A stretch of 64,000 nucleotides of DNA from IMG/VR virus record IMGVR_UViG_3300028833_000002; one strand, 5' to 3'. Shown here one piece after another: positions 31,554-41,465 of this stretch. How positions within the stretch are numbered: the first letter of the stretch is position 1; the number at the start of each line of letters is the position of its first letter. The position numbers were made by a program, and so were the translations under genes. This DNA is from a virus. Its lineage: Duplodnaviria; Heunggongvirae; Uroviricota; Caudoviricetes. Under the pieces are notes generated by a model. It did not search any database. It had not been told where the DNA came from and worked only from the letters and a program-made list of their open reading frames with translations.

Positions 31554-32450
31554 ATGGGTTTTTTCACAAGAGAACTGAAGAACGGTTCAACAGAAGTAAG
31601 AGTAGGTAGAATTGTAGGCGTATCAATTGCCGGCATTGTCGGACTGATTACATTATTCTCGTCATTCACTAAGGTAAACACCGGTTATACTGGTGTAAGA
31701 GTAATCCTTGGTGCAGTACAGGAATCTACATTCGAGCCGGGCTTCCATCTTATGACACCTTACGTAGAAACAGTTGTTAAGATGGATAATAAGGTCAGAA
31801 AGATTGAGGTTAATGCGGCTTCAACATCAAAAGACCTTCAGGCGGTAAGTTCTACACTCGCAATCAACTATCATCTTTCAAAGGAAAAGTCTGTTGATAT
31901 GTTTAAGTCAGTAGGTCTTTCATATGAAGACACACTTCTCCAGCCGGCAATTCAGGAAGCTACAAAGTCTATTATGGCGCAGTATAAGGCTGAGGAACTT
32001 ATTAAGAACAGAGCCGAAGTTTCTGTTGCCATCATGGATGAGATTAGCCGCAAGATGAATGGCTATGGTATTATGATTGATGAATTCAACATCACAAACT
32101 TTGACTTCTCACAGGCGTTTAATGATGCTATTGAGCAGAAGCTCGTGGCAGAACAGAATAAGATTAAGGCGGCAACAGAAAATGAACAGAGAGTTGCAGC
32201 CGCTGAAGCTGATGCCGCAGAAGCAAAGGCTAGAGCAGAAGGTGAAGCCGAAGCCGCAAGAGTTAAGGCTGAAGGCGAAGCCGCAGCAATTAGGGCAAGG
32301 GCCGCTGCAGAAGCAGAAGCTAACGAACAGATTAGAAAGTCTATTACTAATGAACTTATTGATTATAATAGAATTGAAAAGTGGAACGGTGAACTTCCTA
32401 ATATTATGACTGGTTCAGACGGCAATGTAATTGTTAATGCTACAAAGTAA
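31554..32450 (+). CDS. SPFH/Band-7 (stomatin/HflC-like) membrane protein
   Basis: An N-terminal TM helix is followed by an SPFH core and an Ala/Glu-rich coiled coil. Confidence 0.65.
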   Translation: MGFFTRELKNGSTEVRVGRIVGVSIAGIVGLITLFSSFTKVNTGYTGVRVILGAVQESTFEPGFHLMTPYVETVVKMDNKVRKIEVNAASTSKDLQAVSSTLAINYHLSKEKSVDMFKSVGLSYEDTLLQPAIQEATKSIMAQYKAEELIKNRAEVSVAIMDEISRKMNGYGIMIDEFNITNFDFSQAFNDAIEQKLVAEQNKIKAATENEQRVAAAEADAAEAKARAEGEAEAARVKAEGEAAAIRARAAAEAEANEQIRKSITNELIDYNRIEKWNGELPNIMTGSDGNVIVNATK

Positions 32451-32462
32451 AGGAGTAATGAT

Positions 32463-32675
32463 ATGAGTTTAGGTTGGACTATTGTTTGTTTAGTTGTAAG
32501 TGTTGTATTTATGTTTTTAAATTATTTAAATTATTATGTTTATATTGATATGAATGATTTAGATAAAACAATATCAGAGAAAATCTTTAAAAAGGGACAG
32601 GTAAACGGCGTTATAATTACAATCATGTTTTGTCTTGTTATGTATTTATTTAAATTAACGGGGTTAACGATATGA
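32463..32675 (+). CDS. small membrane protein Confidence 0.4.
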   Translation: MSLGWTIVCLVVSVVFMFLNYLNYYVYIDMNDLDKTISEKIFKKGQVNGVIITIMFCLVMYLFKLTGLTI

Positions 32676-32848
32676 GTTTAGCACAAATTCTTTGGCTTAT
32701 ACTTTTAAATACTATTCTTCTCACCTATAACATCGCCATGCAATTAAACAACAAAGATTCAAGCGGAACAAGATGTTTTGGCAGAGGTTTCTGTGTTGGT
32801 GTAACAAGCCTAATGATTACGCTTCTTATTTCAGGTGTATTTAGATAA
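32672..32848 (+). CDS. small membrane protein (58 aa)
   Basis: Overlapping ATGA. It is followed by a terminator. Confidence 0.35.
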   Translation: MSLAQILWLILLNTILLTYNIAMQLNNKDSSGTRCFGRGFCVGVTSLMITLLISGVFR

Positions 32849-32853
32849 CATTC

Positions 32854-32883
32854 GAGCGACACAATACGTGTCGCTCTTTTTGT
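32854..32883 (+). terminator. rho-independent terminator
   Basis: Hairpin gagcgacac/gtgtcgctc followed by TTTTTG. Confidence 0.6.
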
Positions 32884-32902
32884 TGGAAAATTTTATAAAA
32901 CC

Positions 32903-32931
32903 TTGACTTTTTCATTAAACTATGTTATAAT
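32903..32931 (+). promoter_or_regulatory. promoter family copy
   Basis: TTGACT-17-TATGTTATAAT followed by ATATATAGAAAATGAAAGAGAGG. Confidence 0.6.
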
Positions 32932-32961
32932 ATATATAGAAAATGAAAGAGAGGTGTGAAT

Positions 32962-33630
32962 ATGTATTATTACTATACTGACCGTTATCCGGATAATCGG
33001 TTTCATGAATACAAGTATCCGATTAAACTCGATGAAGAAGGTTTAATTCATGTGCTTGCTAGGATACTTGATTTCAGCAGACCTGGTGTGGTAAATCCAT
33101 ACTATGATGTGGATTTTAGCGGCACAGATTTGAGAATAGAATCAGAAAAGTTTTATTGTTTTTGTGAATATTCTGTAGTCAATTATGTTCCAAAGCGCTA
33201 TATCTTTACTAATGAAAATGGCGGCATAGTAGATATTCGTCAGTTTGAAGATAGGGTTAGAAAATACAGACATAAAAATATACCTCTTTATTGGCAGCAC
33301 TTAGGCACACCAAATCGCGGCGAAAAATGTATAACAAGCTATAGAGAACCATTTCGTTTCAGAGAGGGGCCAGTGCCGGGCCGACACCACCATCGAGGAT
33401 GGAATTACACACCTACCACACACTACTTTCAGAATTTTAAAAACAAAGAAAATCTTAGACCTGGCACAGTTCCAAACTCATGGGATTCTGCTGACACTAG
33501 ATGGTATAGACATTGCGATAAGTCTTGGAAGTCAAGCTACAAGTGCCGCCATCAGTGGGAGAAACATTTAATCAGAAGAAATAAAACAAATAATGCATAT
33601 GTAGATATGGAGGAAGATATAGATGAATAA
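32962..33630 (+). CDS. hypothetical protein with a His/Arg-rich C-terminus
   Basis: ATG 32962 follows a GAGAGGTG ribosome-binding site. The track start at 32956 is a GTG. Confidence 0.5.
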   Translation: MYYYYTDRYPDNRFHEYKYPIKLDEEGLIHVLARILDFSRPGVVNPYYDVDFSGTDLRIESEKFYCFCEYSVVNYVPKRYIFTNENGGIVDIRQFEDRVRKYRHKNIPLYWQHLGTPNRGEKCITSYREPFRFREGPVPGRHHHRGWNYTPTTHYFQNFKNKENLRPGTVPNSWDSADTRWYRHCDKSWKSSYKCRHQWEKHLIRRNKTNNAYVDMEEDIDE

Positions 33631-34201
33631 GACATTTTTTATTAGTGATACACATTTTAATCACAATAAGCCTTTTGTTTATGCGGCAAGAGGTTTTAAG
33701 ACAATTGAAGATATGAATGAAGCGATTATCACCAACTGGAACAGAGTGGTTGAAGATGGTGATAAGGTGTTTGTGCTTGGAGATTTTGCTCTTGGGATGG
33801 ACCTTGCAAATATTGAGGATATTCTTCTTGAACTTCACGGCGAAAAGCACTTTATCAGAGGAAACCATGATACGGACAGTAAGTGGGAATTCTATAAGAA
33901 TATGGATAGCGATGCTAATGTCTATGTTCATGACTGGACTTACATTACTAAAATGGGTAAGAACATGGTTTACATGAGCCATTTTCCTACTATGGTAAAT
34001 GACCACAGCCTTAAACCACTTAACAAGGCTATCATTAACCTTTTCGGACATACTCACAGCAAGGATAAGTTCTTTAAGGTTGGTGGTTATACTAATTACT
34101 TTATGTATAATGTAGCATGTGATGCTCATGACTGTACTCCGGTAAGTTGGGAAGACATCTATGCTGACATTAAAGGAGCTTTGGAAAAAGGAGGGGATTA
34201 A
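33623..34201 (+). CDS. calcineurin-like metallophosphoesterase
   Basis: DTHFNH, GDFALG, GNHD and GHTH are present. Confidence 0.7.
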   Translation: MNKTFFISDTHFNHNKPFVYAARGFKTIEDMNEAIITNWNRVVEDGDKVFVLGDFALGMDLANIEDILLELHGEKHFIRGNHDTDSKWEFYKNMDSDANVYVHDWTYITKMGKNMVYMSHFPTMVNDHSLKPLNKAIINLFGHTHSKDKFFKVGGYTNYFMYNVACDAHDCTPVSWEDIYADIKGALEKGGD

Positions 34202-34879
34202 ATGTTTGAACATATCTATATTACGGGCGATACGCATCACGATGTTGATATAGGAAAATTCATACCTTTTATGGATAAATGTGACACCACGCCGGAAAAA
34301 GACCTTATGATTATATTGGGCGACTGGGGCGGTGTTTGGTATGGTGATAAAAGGGATGATGCTGCATTAAAGATGTATGATAATTTTCCTTGGACGACTT
34401 TTGCTACCGCCGGCAACCATGAAAATTTCGATGCCCTCAGAAAATATCCTTTTGTTGATTTTTGCGGCGGAAGAGCGCGTAAGATTGGTGAACGTTGTTA
34501 CGTTGGTGTGACAGGAGAAATATACGATTTTTGCGGCAAAACATTTCTTAATGTCAATGGCGCAGATTCAACAGATAAGGCTTTTCGTATAGAAGGTGAA
34601 TCTTGGTGGCCACAGGAAAGAATTAAACAAGGACAAGTAGATTGTGCAATAGAAAACCTTAAAAAGTATGACAGAAAGGTAGACACAATAATATCTCATA
34701 CGGGCGGCAGTTTTGTTGTGTCTTGTCTTGGTTTTGAGATTACTCCATCTGACAAAATGCTTGACCAAATACTTGATAACTGTGATTATACATATCATTT
34801 TTGCGGCCATTATCACGTAGACATGAGATTGTCTTCTCAGGAAAGAATTTTTTATAATGACATTGTGGAGTTAAGATAA
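34202..34879 (+). CDS. calcineurin-like metallophosphoesterase (second, tandem)
   Basis: GDTHHD, LGDWGG, GNHENF and GHYH are present. Confidence 0.7.
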   Translation: MFEHIYITGDTHHDVDIGKFIPFMDKCDTTPEKDLMIILGDWGGVWYGDKRDDAALKMYDNFPWTTFATAGNHENFDALRKYPFVDFCGGRARKIGERCYVGVTGEIYDFCGKTFLNVNGADSTDKAFRIEGESWWPQERIKQGQVDCAIENLKKYDRKVDTIISHTGGSFVVSCLGFEITPSDKMLDQILDNCDYTYHFCGHYHVDMRLSSQERIFYNDIVELR

Positions 34880-35097
34880 TGAGTTACGATAATACAAAAT
34901 ATTATATTGATGATTCCTTTGATGAATTTTGTTTTGGTGAAGCTATGAGCCTTACCTTAATTAAAAAAGGCATGAAATGGCACAGAAAAGATAAAGTCTT
35001 TGAAGATTACCGTGGTGTGTTTTGGTCTGAAGAGATTGTGTTTGGTTTAATAGACAAAATAATTCATCAGACAATATTAAAGGAAGATTCTATCTAG
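34879..35097 (+). CDS. hypothetical protein Confidence 0.45.
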   Translation: MSYDNTKYYIDDSFDEFCFGEAMSLTLIKKGMKWHRKDKVFEDYRGVFWSEEIVFGLIDKIIHQTILKEDSI

Positions 35098-35183
35098 ACA
35101 TGGCTAAAAGATTTAGCTTTTCGCCGTGAAAGTTTGCTGGAATCAGTCACCAAACCAAGATTAAATTTACGGAGGGAAAACTA

Positions 35184-35519
35184 ATGAATGATTTACATAT
35201 TCTAAAGTCGGGAAATCCCGACATCATCGACAAGAAATATGCGAAGTTTAGATGCCTATGCGGCTGTGAATGGGAAGCTAGCGAAAATGCATATTTAGAG
35301 GACTGGAGCCAACATTCAATACCAATATATTGTGCGTGTCCTACGTGTCACAGACTTGTTTATTGTGTAAGTGATGTAAAACCTCAGAACACTAATGGAT
35401 ATGTTGATTACACCGTTCGTGAAACATCGGGTTATAATACATATTGTGACCTGTTAGAAGCGTGGAATGAGCATTTTCCGAACAATCCAGCACTCGACGA
35501 ATGGGAGGGAAAAGAATGA
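35184..35519 (+). CDS. zinc-ribbon protein
   Basis: CLCGCEW...CACPTCH. Confidence 0.5.
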   Translation: MNDLHILKSGNPDIIDKKYAKFRCLCGCEWEASENAYLEDWSQHSIPIYCACPTCHRLVYCVSDVKPQNTNGYVDYTVRETSGYNTYCDLLEAWNEHFPNNPALDEWEGKE

Positions 35520-35737
35520 CATATAAAGGATTTTTAAAATGGGCAAATGACAGAGCTTGTGATGGACGATGGGGTCTTGATGTTGCAATGGCATGCACTC
35601 AGATGGCAACACTCTTATATTCTGTTCCATGGTTTCGGCGCAAGAAATTATGGCAAGAAATGCAAGGTGATGAATTTGTAGAACAAGTAGTTGTTCCTAC
35701 CAATACCAGATACCAAATAACTGACAAATATCGCTAA
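35516..35737 (+). CDS. hypothetical protein
   Basis: The ATG overlaps the preceding stop. Confidence 0.45.
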   Translation: MTYKGFLKWANDRACDGRWGLDVAMACTQMATLLYSVPWFRRKKLWQEMQGDEFVEQVVVPTNTRYQITDKYR

Positions 35738-35757
35738 CTGGAAATATCTGGTAGGCA

Positions 35758-35786
35758 TTTACAAAAACCTAATTTTATGATATAAT
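35758..35786 (+). promoter_or_regulatory. promoter family copy
   Basis: TTTACA-17-TATGATATAAT followed by ATATATAGAAAGTTAAGAGAAAGGA. Confidence 0.6.
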
Positions 35787-35819
35787 ATATATAGAAAGTT
35801 AAGAGAAAGGATGTTATTT

Positions 35820-36383
35820 ATGGGACTTGACCAGTACATATATTTTAAAAGAAAGATTACTGACCCGATTAAGGTAAGTGTGTCAATAGCAAAAGACATT
35901 AAGGAGCTTATCGAATTTAAAAAGGAACTTATAGATAGTATAGAGGACGATGCTACAAGAGGTTTTCGCGCGGAAAAGGCACTCAATGATTTTATTAAGA
36001 TGACTGGGAAAAAAGTAGAAACGTGCTCTATGGAGGAAAGCGAAGAGGTAATGTATTGGCGCAAAGGCTACGAATTTCAGGAGTGGTTTGTAAATAACAC
36101 TAATTATCCGTCAGGCGCTAACCTCTACGAACACCCAATCACAAGAGAAGACCTTGAACAGTTAGTAGACAACTGCAAAGAAGTTTCTAATGTCTATGCA
36201 GATGTTGTGGACGACAAGTTGGGAGTTACTGAGTTTATACAGAATTACTTCCCAAGCTATCGTGAAAGAGATTTAGGTTTTTTCATTGACGTAGATAGAA
36301 CGATAGAAACTCTAGAGAGCGTTCTTGGTGACGAAAATTATAGTGCAGATAAAGGAGAGTTTGTTTACTATGAGTGGTGGTAA
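35820..36383 (+). CDS. hypothetical protein
   Basis: The second ATG is used. The first ATG, 3 codons upstream, lies inside the conserved leader. Confidence 0.5.
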   Translation: MGLDQYIYFKRKITDPIKVSVSIAKDIKELIEFKKELIDSIEDDATRGFRAEKALNDFIKMTGKKVETCSMEESEEVMYWRKGYEFQEWFVNNTNYPSGANLYEHPITREDLEQLVDNCKEVSNVYADVVDDKLGVTEFIQNYFPSYRERDLGFFIDVDRTIETLESVLGDENYSADKGEFVYYEWW

Positions 36384-36633
36384 TAAAAAGCGTAGCAAAG
36401 AGGACTTAATAAAAGATATTAAAAATGGTATTGTAGTTCCACTTGAAGGCGCAGATATTATACAGTATGATGACCTTGGTAAGAAATTTGTAAACCCCGG
36501 CCTTGTTGAGCTTCTTCAGAACAATGGCTTCTATGTTTGTTCAGCGGAGTTGGCAAACCGCTTTATGAAAGAAAGTCTTGAACTTGCTCAGTTAAAGGCA
36601 ACTTATGCAACAACAGTATCGAAGGGAGACTAA
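36370..36633 (+). CDS. hypothetical protein Confidence 0.45.
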   Translation: MSGGNKKRSKEDLIKDIKNGIVVPLEGADIIQYDDLGKKFVNPGLVELLQNNGFYVCSAELANRFMKESLELAQLKATYATTVSKGD

Positions 36634-36634
36634 T

Positions 36635-37024
36635 ATGACCGGACGTGAGTTCTTTGAATATATACGTTTTTTATTTAACAATTACGGCAACTCTATAAGA
36701 ATTTGGATAGATGAAGATAACTGGGAAGAGGAAGTGAAAGAACGCTTCCCAGAGATTGCTGAAATTCTCATTGCCGCGATTTTAGGTAAATGTCCATGTT
36801 CTCCGAATTATAAAGACGAAGACTATGCTGATTTCTATATTAGCGGACTGGCAAACTATCTTGCTTTTATTTATCACATTGGCGTAGAGTTCCTTAACAT
36901 AAAGGAAATTGAAGTAGGGTTCGGCTCATGGGATAAGTATATATATGTACTTTCTATGTGTGTATTTGATGGCGACGAAAGCTATATAACCATAAACGAA
37001 GTAAATGATTCTTTAGATTCTTAA
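36635..37024 (+). CDS. hypothetical protein
   Basis: An AAGGGAG ribosome-binding site is present. Confidence 0.5.
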   Translation: MTGREFFEYIRFLFNNYGNSIRIWIDEDNWEEEVKERFPEIAEILIAAILGKCPCSPNYKDEDYADFYISGLANYLAFIYHIGVEFLNIKEIEVGFGSWDKYIYVLSMCVFDGDESYITINEVNDSLDS

Positions 37025-37041
37025 TGAAATGGAGGCTAACA

Positions 37042-37272
37042 ATGAGTAGACTTGAAACCGCAAAGAAGATTATTAAGGAACATATGGACACAATTATGTG
37101 GGGCATTTTCGATACTCGTAACATATTGGGAGATTTTACGAGAACCGTTTTTAATGAAAATGGTTTAACAATAGATATTTGTGATGATTGGCGCTACTTT
37201 GAAGTTTTTGGCTTAACAGATGAGGAATTTCTTGAACTCAAAAAGTTTTATGAAAGTTTGGGTGGTATCTAA
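37042..37272 (+). CDS. hypothetical protein
   Basis: A GGAGG ribosome-binding site is present. Confidence 0.45.
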   Translation: MSRLETAKKIIKEHMDTIMWGIFDTRNILGDFTRTVFNENGLTIDICDDWRYFEVFGLTDEEFLELKKFYESLGGI

Positions 37273-37275
37273 TAA

Positions 37276-37488
37276 ATGAAAGTATTACGAAGCGGCATTG
37301 ACCTTTATGTGCAGAAATGTAGTTGCGGTTGTATCTTTGCTTATAGTAAAACTGACACTACATCTGTTCAGAGCGGCATACAAGAATGGGACACGGAAGT
37401 TGAATGCCCGGAATGTCATTTAGCAGAACACGCGTTCTTTTTCACTAGGAATAAGTTTAAAGAGGAATTGGAACCAGAGCAAAATTGA
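37276..37488 (+). CDS. zinc-ribbon protein
   Basis: CSCGC...CPEC. Confidence 0.45.
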   Translation: MKVLRSGIDLYVQKCSCGCIFAYSKTDTTSVQSGIQEWDTEVECPECHLAEHAFFFTRNKFKEELEPEQN

Positions 37489-37509
37489 TTTACCAGAATA
37501 TGGTAGGTG

Positions 37510-37538
37510 TTGACTTTCTCTTAAAAATATGCTATAAT
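37510..37538 (+). promoter_or_regulatory. promoter family copy
   Basis: TGGTAGGTGTTGACT-17-TATGCTATAAT followed by the conserved leader. Confidence 0.6.
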
Positions 37539-37572
37539 ATATATAGAAAGTTAAGAGAAAGGACATCATAAC

Positions 37573-37905
37573 ATGAGAGTAAAAACTCACTTAATAGTTA
37601 CCGACCAATGGGATGAATATGGTGTAAAATGGTGCGGCAAGATAGCTGACAGCAATCCTCTTTTCAAAAACAATCTTCCTGTTTTTGTTATCATAACAAA
37701 ACAGGGACGAGTTGAGTTAAACACGCTTAATCTTAAAGAGGTTGAAAAAGTGGCAAAACGAATGGCTTTTCCGAGAGGAAGAGGTTCAATCACAACAGAT
37801 AAGGCTTATATCTATATTAAAGAAGAAAATGGCGGCGAAAAGATTATGGGAGTGGTTGAACGCTGTCACGTAAGAAAATATGCTCCAATGTTTGATGAGG
37901 TGTAA
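37573..37905 (+). CDS. hypothetical protein
   Basis: A promoter copy lies upstream. Confidence 0.5.
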   Translation: MRVKTHLIVTDQWDEYGVKWCGKIADSNPLFKNNLPVFVIITKQGRVELNTLNLKEVEKVAKRMAFPRGRGSITTDKAYIYIKEENGGEKIMGVVERCHVRKYAPMFDEV

Positions 37906-37908
37906 AAT

Positions 37909-38502
37909 ATGAAGAATAAAAAGTGGGGAACAATCAGTTCCGATGCTCCGGTTTACGTTATTTTATTTGTTTCAAGAAATAAAGATAACGCAGATGTTGA
38001 AGGCTTTACTGAACGCCGCAAATCATTTATTTCTCAGCAGTCTGCTGAGGAACTTATGCCGGCTTTCCGTGATTTTGTTGAAAAAGGTGTAGCCGGTGAA
38101 TTTTGCCGCTTCTATAGAAGTGTAAACGCAAGAGATATGGGCGTTATCAGGAAAAAGCTCCTTCATTTCTTAATTGAGGAGGATGATTTTAACCTTTGTT
38201 GCATTAGGTCTAAGGTTGCTGGTTTCGCGGCTCAGAAGGAATGTGCCGCAGAGAAGAAGTGGCTGATTGATTTTGATACTACAGACTCCGTGAAACTTAA
38301 TGAGTTCTTAGAGTACATTTCAGAAAAGGATGAAACCATTGAAGCGACAGTAAACGATACTCCACATGGGCGTGCAATCGTTCTTAGTCATGGTTTCAAC
38401 TCTCAGGACTTTGCTCAGAAGTGGGGAGAGATTGCTACAATCAAGAAAGATGATTTACTTTTCATTGATGGACGTGCAAAACCGGAATTTGTACCATGGT
38501 AA
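37909..38502 (+). CDS. hypothetical protein Confidence 0.5.
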   Translation: MKNKKWGTISSDAPVYVILFVSRNKDNADVEGFTERRKSFISQQSAEELMPAFRDFVEKGVAGEFCRFYRSVNARDMGVIRKKLLHFLIEEDDFNLCCIRSKVAGFAAQKECAAEKKWLIDFDTTDSVKLNEFLEYISEKDETIEATVNDTPHGRAIVLSHGFNSQDFAQKWGEIATIKKDDLLFIDGRAKPEFVPW

Positions 38503-38515
38503 AATATGGTAGGTG

Positions 38516-38544
38516 TTGACTTTTAGAGAAAACTGTGTTATAAT
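38516..38544 (+). promoter_or_regulatory. promoter family copy
   Basis: TGGTAGGTGTTGACT-17-TGTGTTATAAT followed by the leader. Confidence 0.6.
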
Positions 38545-38575
38545 ATATATAGAAAGTTAAGAGAGAGGTAAATAT

Positions 38576-38815
38576 ATGTCAGAATCTAAGAAGGGAAAAT
38601 GGATATATTCAAGAGACCCTTATACCGATGATTTGAGGATTACTTGTGAATGTTGTGGATTTTTTCTCGAAGGTGATAACTTACCAAAGAAATTTAAAAG
38701 AGAAGTTCAACATTATTCTGATGGTTTTGGAGCGTTTGAACAGCATAGGGTAAGGATTATATATGAACCACCATGTCAGTGCCCTTCTTGTGGAGCAGAA
38801 TTAGAAAGGAAGTAA
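38576..38815 (+). CDS. zinc-ribbon protein
   Basis: CECCGF...CQCPSCG. Confidence 0.45.
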   Translation: MSESKKGKWIYSRDPYTDDLRITCECCGFFLEGDNLPKKFKREVQHYSDGFGAFEQHRVRIIYEPPCQCPSCGAELERK

Positions 38816-38819
38816 GAAT

Positions 38820-39710
38820 ATGGAATTCAAGAAATATATTGATATTGAACGCTTAAAAGAAAAATATGCTATGGCTTTTAAGCCTGGTGAAATGATTACA
38901 GTTTCCGAGAAAATTGATGGCAGCAATGCCTCGTTTGACGGTAATCTTAATGCCTTCTCTCGTCGTAAGGTATTAGACGAAACAAATACCCTTAATGGCT
39001 TTTATGATTTTGTGAAAACACTTGATGCCACAAAGGTTATGGAGGTTCTTGGTGAGAACTTTATTGTCTTTGGTGAATGGTTGTGCAAGCATACTGTAAA
39101 ATACCCAGAAGATAAGATGCATAAGTTCTACGCCTTTGACGTATGGAATAAGGAAACAGCACAATACCTTCCTTGGAGTGAAGCAAAAAAGATTATCGCA
39201 GAACTTGGTCTTAACACAGTACCAATTTTTTATGAAGGCCCATTCACATCTTGGGATGACATTAATAAATTGGTTGGACAGACAAAAATGGGGGCTTCTC
39301 CTTGCGGGGAAGGACAGGTCGTAAAATCACAGGACAGACTTGACAACAAGTCCTCAAACACCCCGGCATATGTAAAAATTGTTGATGCACGTTTCTCTGA
39401 GGTAAAGGGTCAGAAGGAACAGAAGATGGTTGACCCTGAAAAAATTGCTGCAAAGCATGCTCAGGAAGCTCTTGCTGCAACTATCGTAACAGAAAGACGA
39501 GTAGAAAAACTCATACAGAAAATAATAGAAGACGGTCTTATTCCAGCAGAATGGGATGAAAAGGACCTTGGTACAATTGCAAAGCATCTTCCAAAGGCTG
39601 TATATGCGGACTGCGTAAAGGAAGAACCGGAAACAGTTGCTCAGATTGAAAACTTTGGTAAGATTGCGGCTGGCATTGCAATGAAGCTTGCAAGAGGACT
39701 GGTAAAATGA
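38820..39710 (+). CDS. ATP-dependent RNA ligase, Rnl2-like
   Basis: Nucleotidyltransferase motifs are present: I EKIDGSN, III FGEWL, IV EGQVVK, V YVKIV. Confidence 0.65.
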   Translation: MEFKKYIDIERLKEKYAMAFKPGEMITVSEKIDGSNASFDGNLNAFSRRKVLDETNTLNGFYDFVKTLDATKVMEVLGENFIVFGEWLCKHTVKYPEDKMHKFYAFDVWNKETAQYLPWSEAKKIIAELGLNTVPIFYEGPFTSWDDINKLVGQTKMGASPCGEGQVVKSQDRLDNKSSNTPAYVKIVDARFSEVKGQKEQKMVDPEKIAAKHAQEALAATIVTERRVEKLIQKIIEDGLIPAEWDEKDLGTIAKHLPKAVYADCVKEEPETVAQIENFGKIAAGIAMKLARGLVK

Positions 39711-39907
39711 AATTTTTAAAAGGAATAATTTTCGCGGCGAAAGTAGTGGGGGCATTAGCGGTAATAGCTATGGGATTGTTTGTATTATATATTACCTTTA
39801 TATTCTTAGGAATTTTATGGACCGAATGTGGTCCCGTTCCTACGATTCTTGCCGCGATTTACATAATTTCTTTTGTTGTTTTTATAAGCGATACGAACAA
39901 ATCTTGA
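39707..39907 (+). CDS. small membrane protein Confidence 0.4.
   Translation: MKFLKGIIFAAKVVGALAVIAMGLFVLYITFIFLGILWTECGPVPTILAAIYIISFVVFISDTNKS
39721..39731. repeat. exemplar TTCGCGGCGAA
   Basis: Perfect palindrome inside a CDS. Confidence 0.6.
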
Positions 39908-39929
39908 CTTTTTTAAAGTTGTGTTATAA
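39903..39929 (+). promoter_or_regulatory. promoter family copy (15-nt spacer)
   Basis: TTGACT-15-TGTGTTATAAT. Confidence 0.5.
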
Positions 39930-39965
39930 TTAATATATAATAAAAATTCTAAGGAGGAATTTCTA

Positions 39966-40568
39966 ATGGAAATGGGTAATTTTATGAAGGGTATGTTTGG
40001 ACCGGTTAAGGGTGGTCTTTGTCGTCTGACTATTGATGGCAATATCGCAGTAAAGGTTAATGGTGGTTATAAGGCTTATAATCCAACCGAGAAGGCTTTT
40101 GTTAACTGTGACAACTTCGTATTTGATGTTGGTGATGAAATGTTCTTCGTTATTCCTACAAATACTGTTACGGCTGGTGATATTATCCTTGCTGGCGGAA
40201 GTGAACCGGCTCCTCGTTACGTTCTCAAAGTTGCAGATGACATGATTACTTGCATTAACTACAAGAACGGTACAGTTGAGAACATCATGCCTGAACGTCA
40301 TATGTTTATGGGCAATACTTATTTCTATGGAAAGATTACAAGCCTGTTTGGCAACATGGGCGGTATGTTCGGTGCAAGCGCTGATGGCGCACAGAACGTT
40401 ATGAAGTTCATGATGATGAAGCAGTTAATGGGTGGCATGACTGGCACAGACGGTGGCAATCCGATGCTCATGATGATGATGATGAACGGTGGCGGTATGA
40501 ATATGTTTGATAATCTTTTCAAGGCTGTAAATCCTGTTGCACCAGCAGAAACAAAGGAGGGTGAATAA
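39966..40568 (+). CDS. hypothetical protein with a Met/Gly-rich C-terminus
   Basis: An AAGGAGG ribosome-binding site is present. Confidence 0.5.
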   Translation: MEMGNFMKGMFGPVKGGLCRLTIDGNIAVKVNGGYKAYNPTEKAFVNCDNFVFDVGDEMFFVIPTNTVTAGDIILAGGSEPAPRYVLKVADDMITCINYKNGTVENIMPERHMFMGNTYFYGKITSLFGNMGGMFGASADGAQNVMKFMMMKQLMGGMTGTDGGNPMLMMMMMNGGGMNMFDNLFKAVNPVAPAETKEGE

Positions 40569-40571
40569 TCT

Positions 40572-41453
40572 ATGGGAGGGGGCTCATGGACGACTGAAAA
40601 GTTTAAGAGTTATTCTACATCAATGAGCAGAGGGGTTGACTCTACAGGTAGAGCCCTTCTTAGCGATGATGTAACCCAGAACTATACTCAGCGTGGTCTG
40701 GCAAAGGAACTTAATCCTTTTAATGTAAAGAGAGAATGTAGGGACAGTGAGGAACACCCAAATACTGTTCCTGTAATCCTCGCCCTTGACGTTACTGGTT
40801 CTATGGGTAAGGCGGCCAACGAAGTTGCCGCAGAACTTAATAACATCATGACTGAACTTTATGAAAAGGTAGCAGACGTTGAGTTTATGATTGCGGCTAT
40901 TGGTGACTTCTCTTATGATGATGCACCACTTCAGGTATCGCAGTTTGAATCTGATATTCGTATCGCTGAACAGCTTGATAAGGTTTATTTTGAACGTGGC
41001 GGCGGTCCGAATGATTGGGAATCTTATTCAGCCATTTGGAAGTTCGCGGCGGAAAGAACTGAACTTGACTGTTGGAAGAGGGGCAAGAAGGGTATTATCA
41101 TAACAATGGGTGATGAAATTCTTAATCCTTATATTGATAGTGATAAGTATGAAGAAGTAGTTAATCAGGGTTCTTTAGCTTGTGGCTTTGATACAAAGAA
41201 GATTTATGAAGCCGTAAAGGATAAGTATGACCTCTATCATATAAACGTTGACCACAGAAGCTATAAGCCAAGCCTGTCTACTTGGTATAAGACTCTTGGT
41301 AAGGACCATGTATTTGATTGCTCAGTAAAGGAAATTGCTCAGATTATTCCTCAGATTATTACTACCCATGAAAGCGAAGGCTTTATAGTTGGTGTAGACG
41401 TGGCGCCAAAGCCAGATAGTATAATCGAATTTACAAACGAAATTTCTTGGTAA
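40572..41453 (+). CDS. von Willebrand factor A domain protein
   Basis: The MIDAS motif is DVTGSMG. Confidence 0.6.
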   Translation: MGGGSWTTEKFKSYSTSMSRGVDSTGRALLSDDVTQNYTQRGLAKELNPFNVKRECRDSEEHPNTVPVILALDVTGSMGKAANEVAAELNNIMTELYEKVADVEFMIAAIGDFSYDDAPLQVSQFESDIRIAEQLDKVYFERGGGPNDWESYSAIWKFAAERTELDCWKRGKKGIIITMGDEILNPYIDSDKYEEVVNQGSLACGFDTKKIYEAVKDKYDLYHINVDHRSYKPSLSTWYKTLGKDHVFDCSVKEIAQIIPQIITTHESEGFIVGVDVAPKPDSIIEFTNEISW

Positions 41454-41465
41454 AAGGAGAGCAAA

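Noticed and set aside
33572-34240. 222-aa minus-strand ORF
   Set aside because: It completely overlaps two + strand genes that carry clear metallophosphoesterase motifs. It has no ribosome-binding site, and all supported genes in the window are on the + strand.
35811-35822. Apparent paralogy of proteins starting MLFMG (35811 and 50895), and MTF(T/S)K...YVIIYIENQERKILM (54792 and 56230)
   Set aside because: The shared N-termini are translations of the conserved promoter and leader DNA. The real starts are the downstream ATGs.
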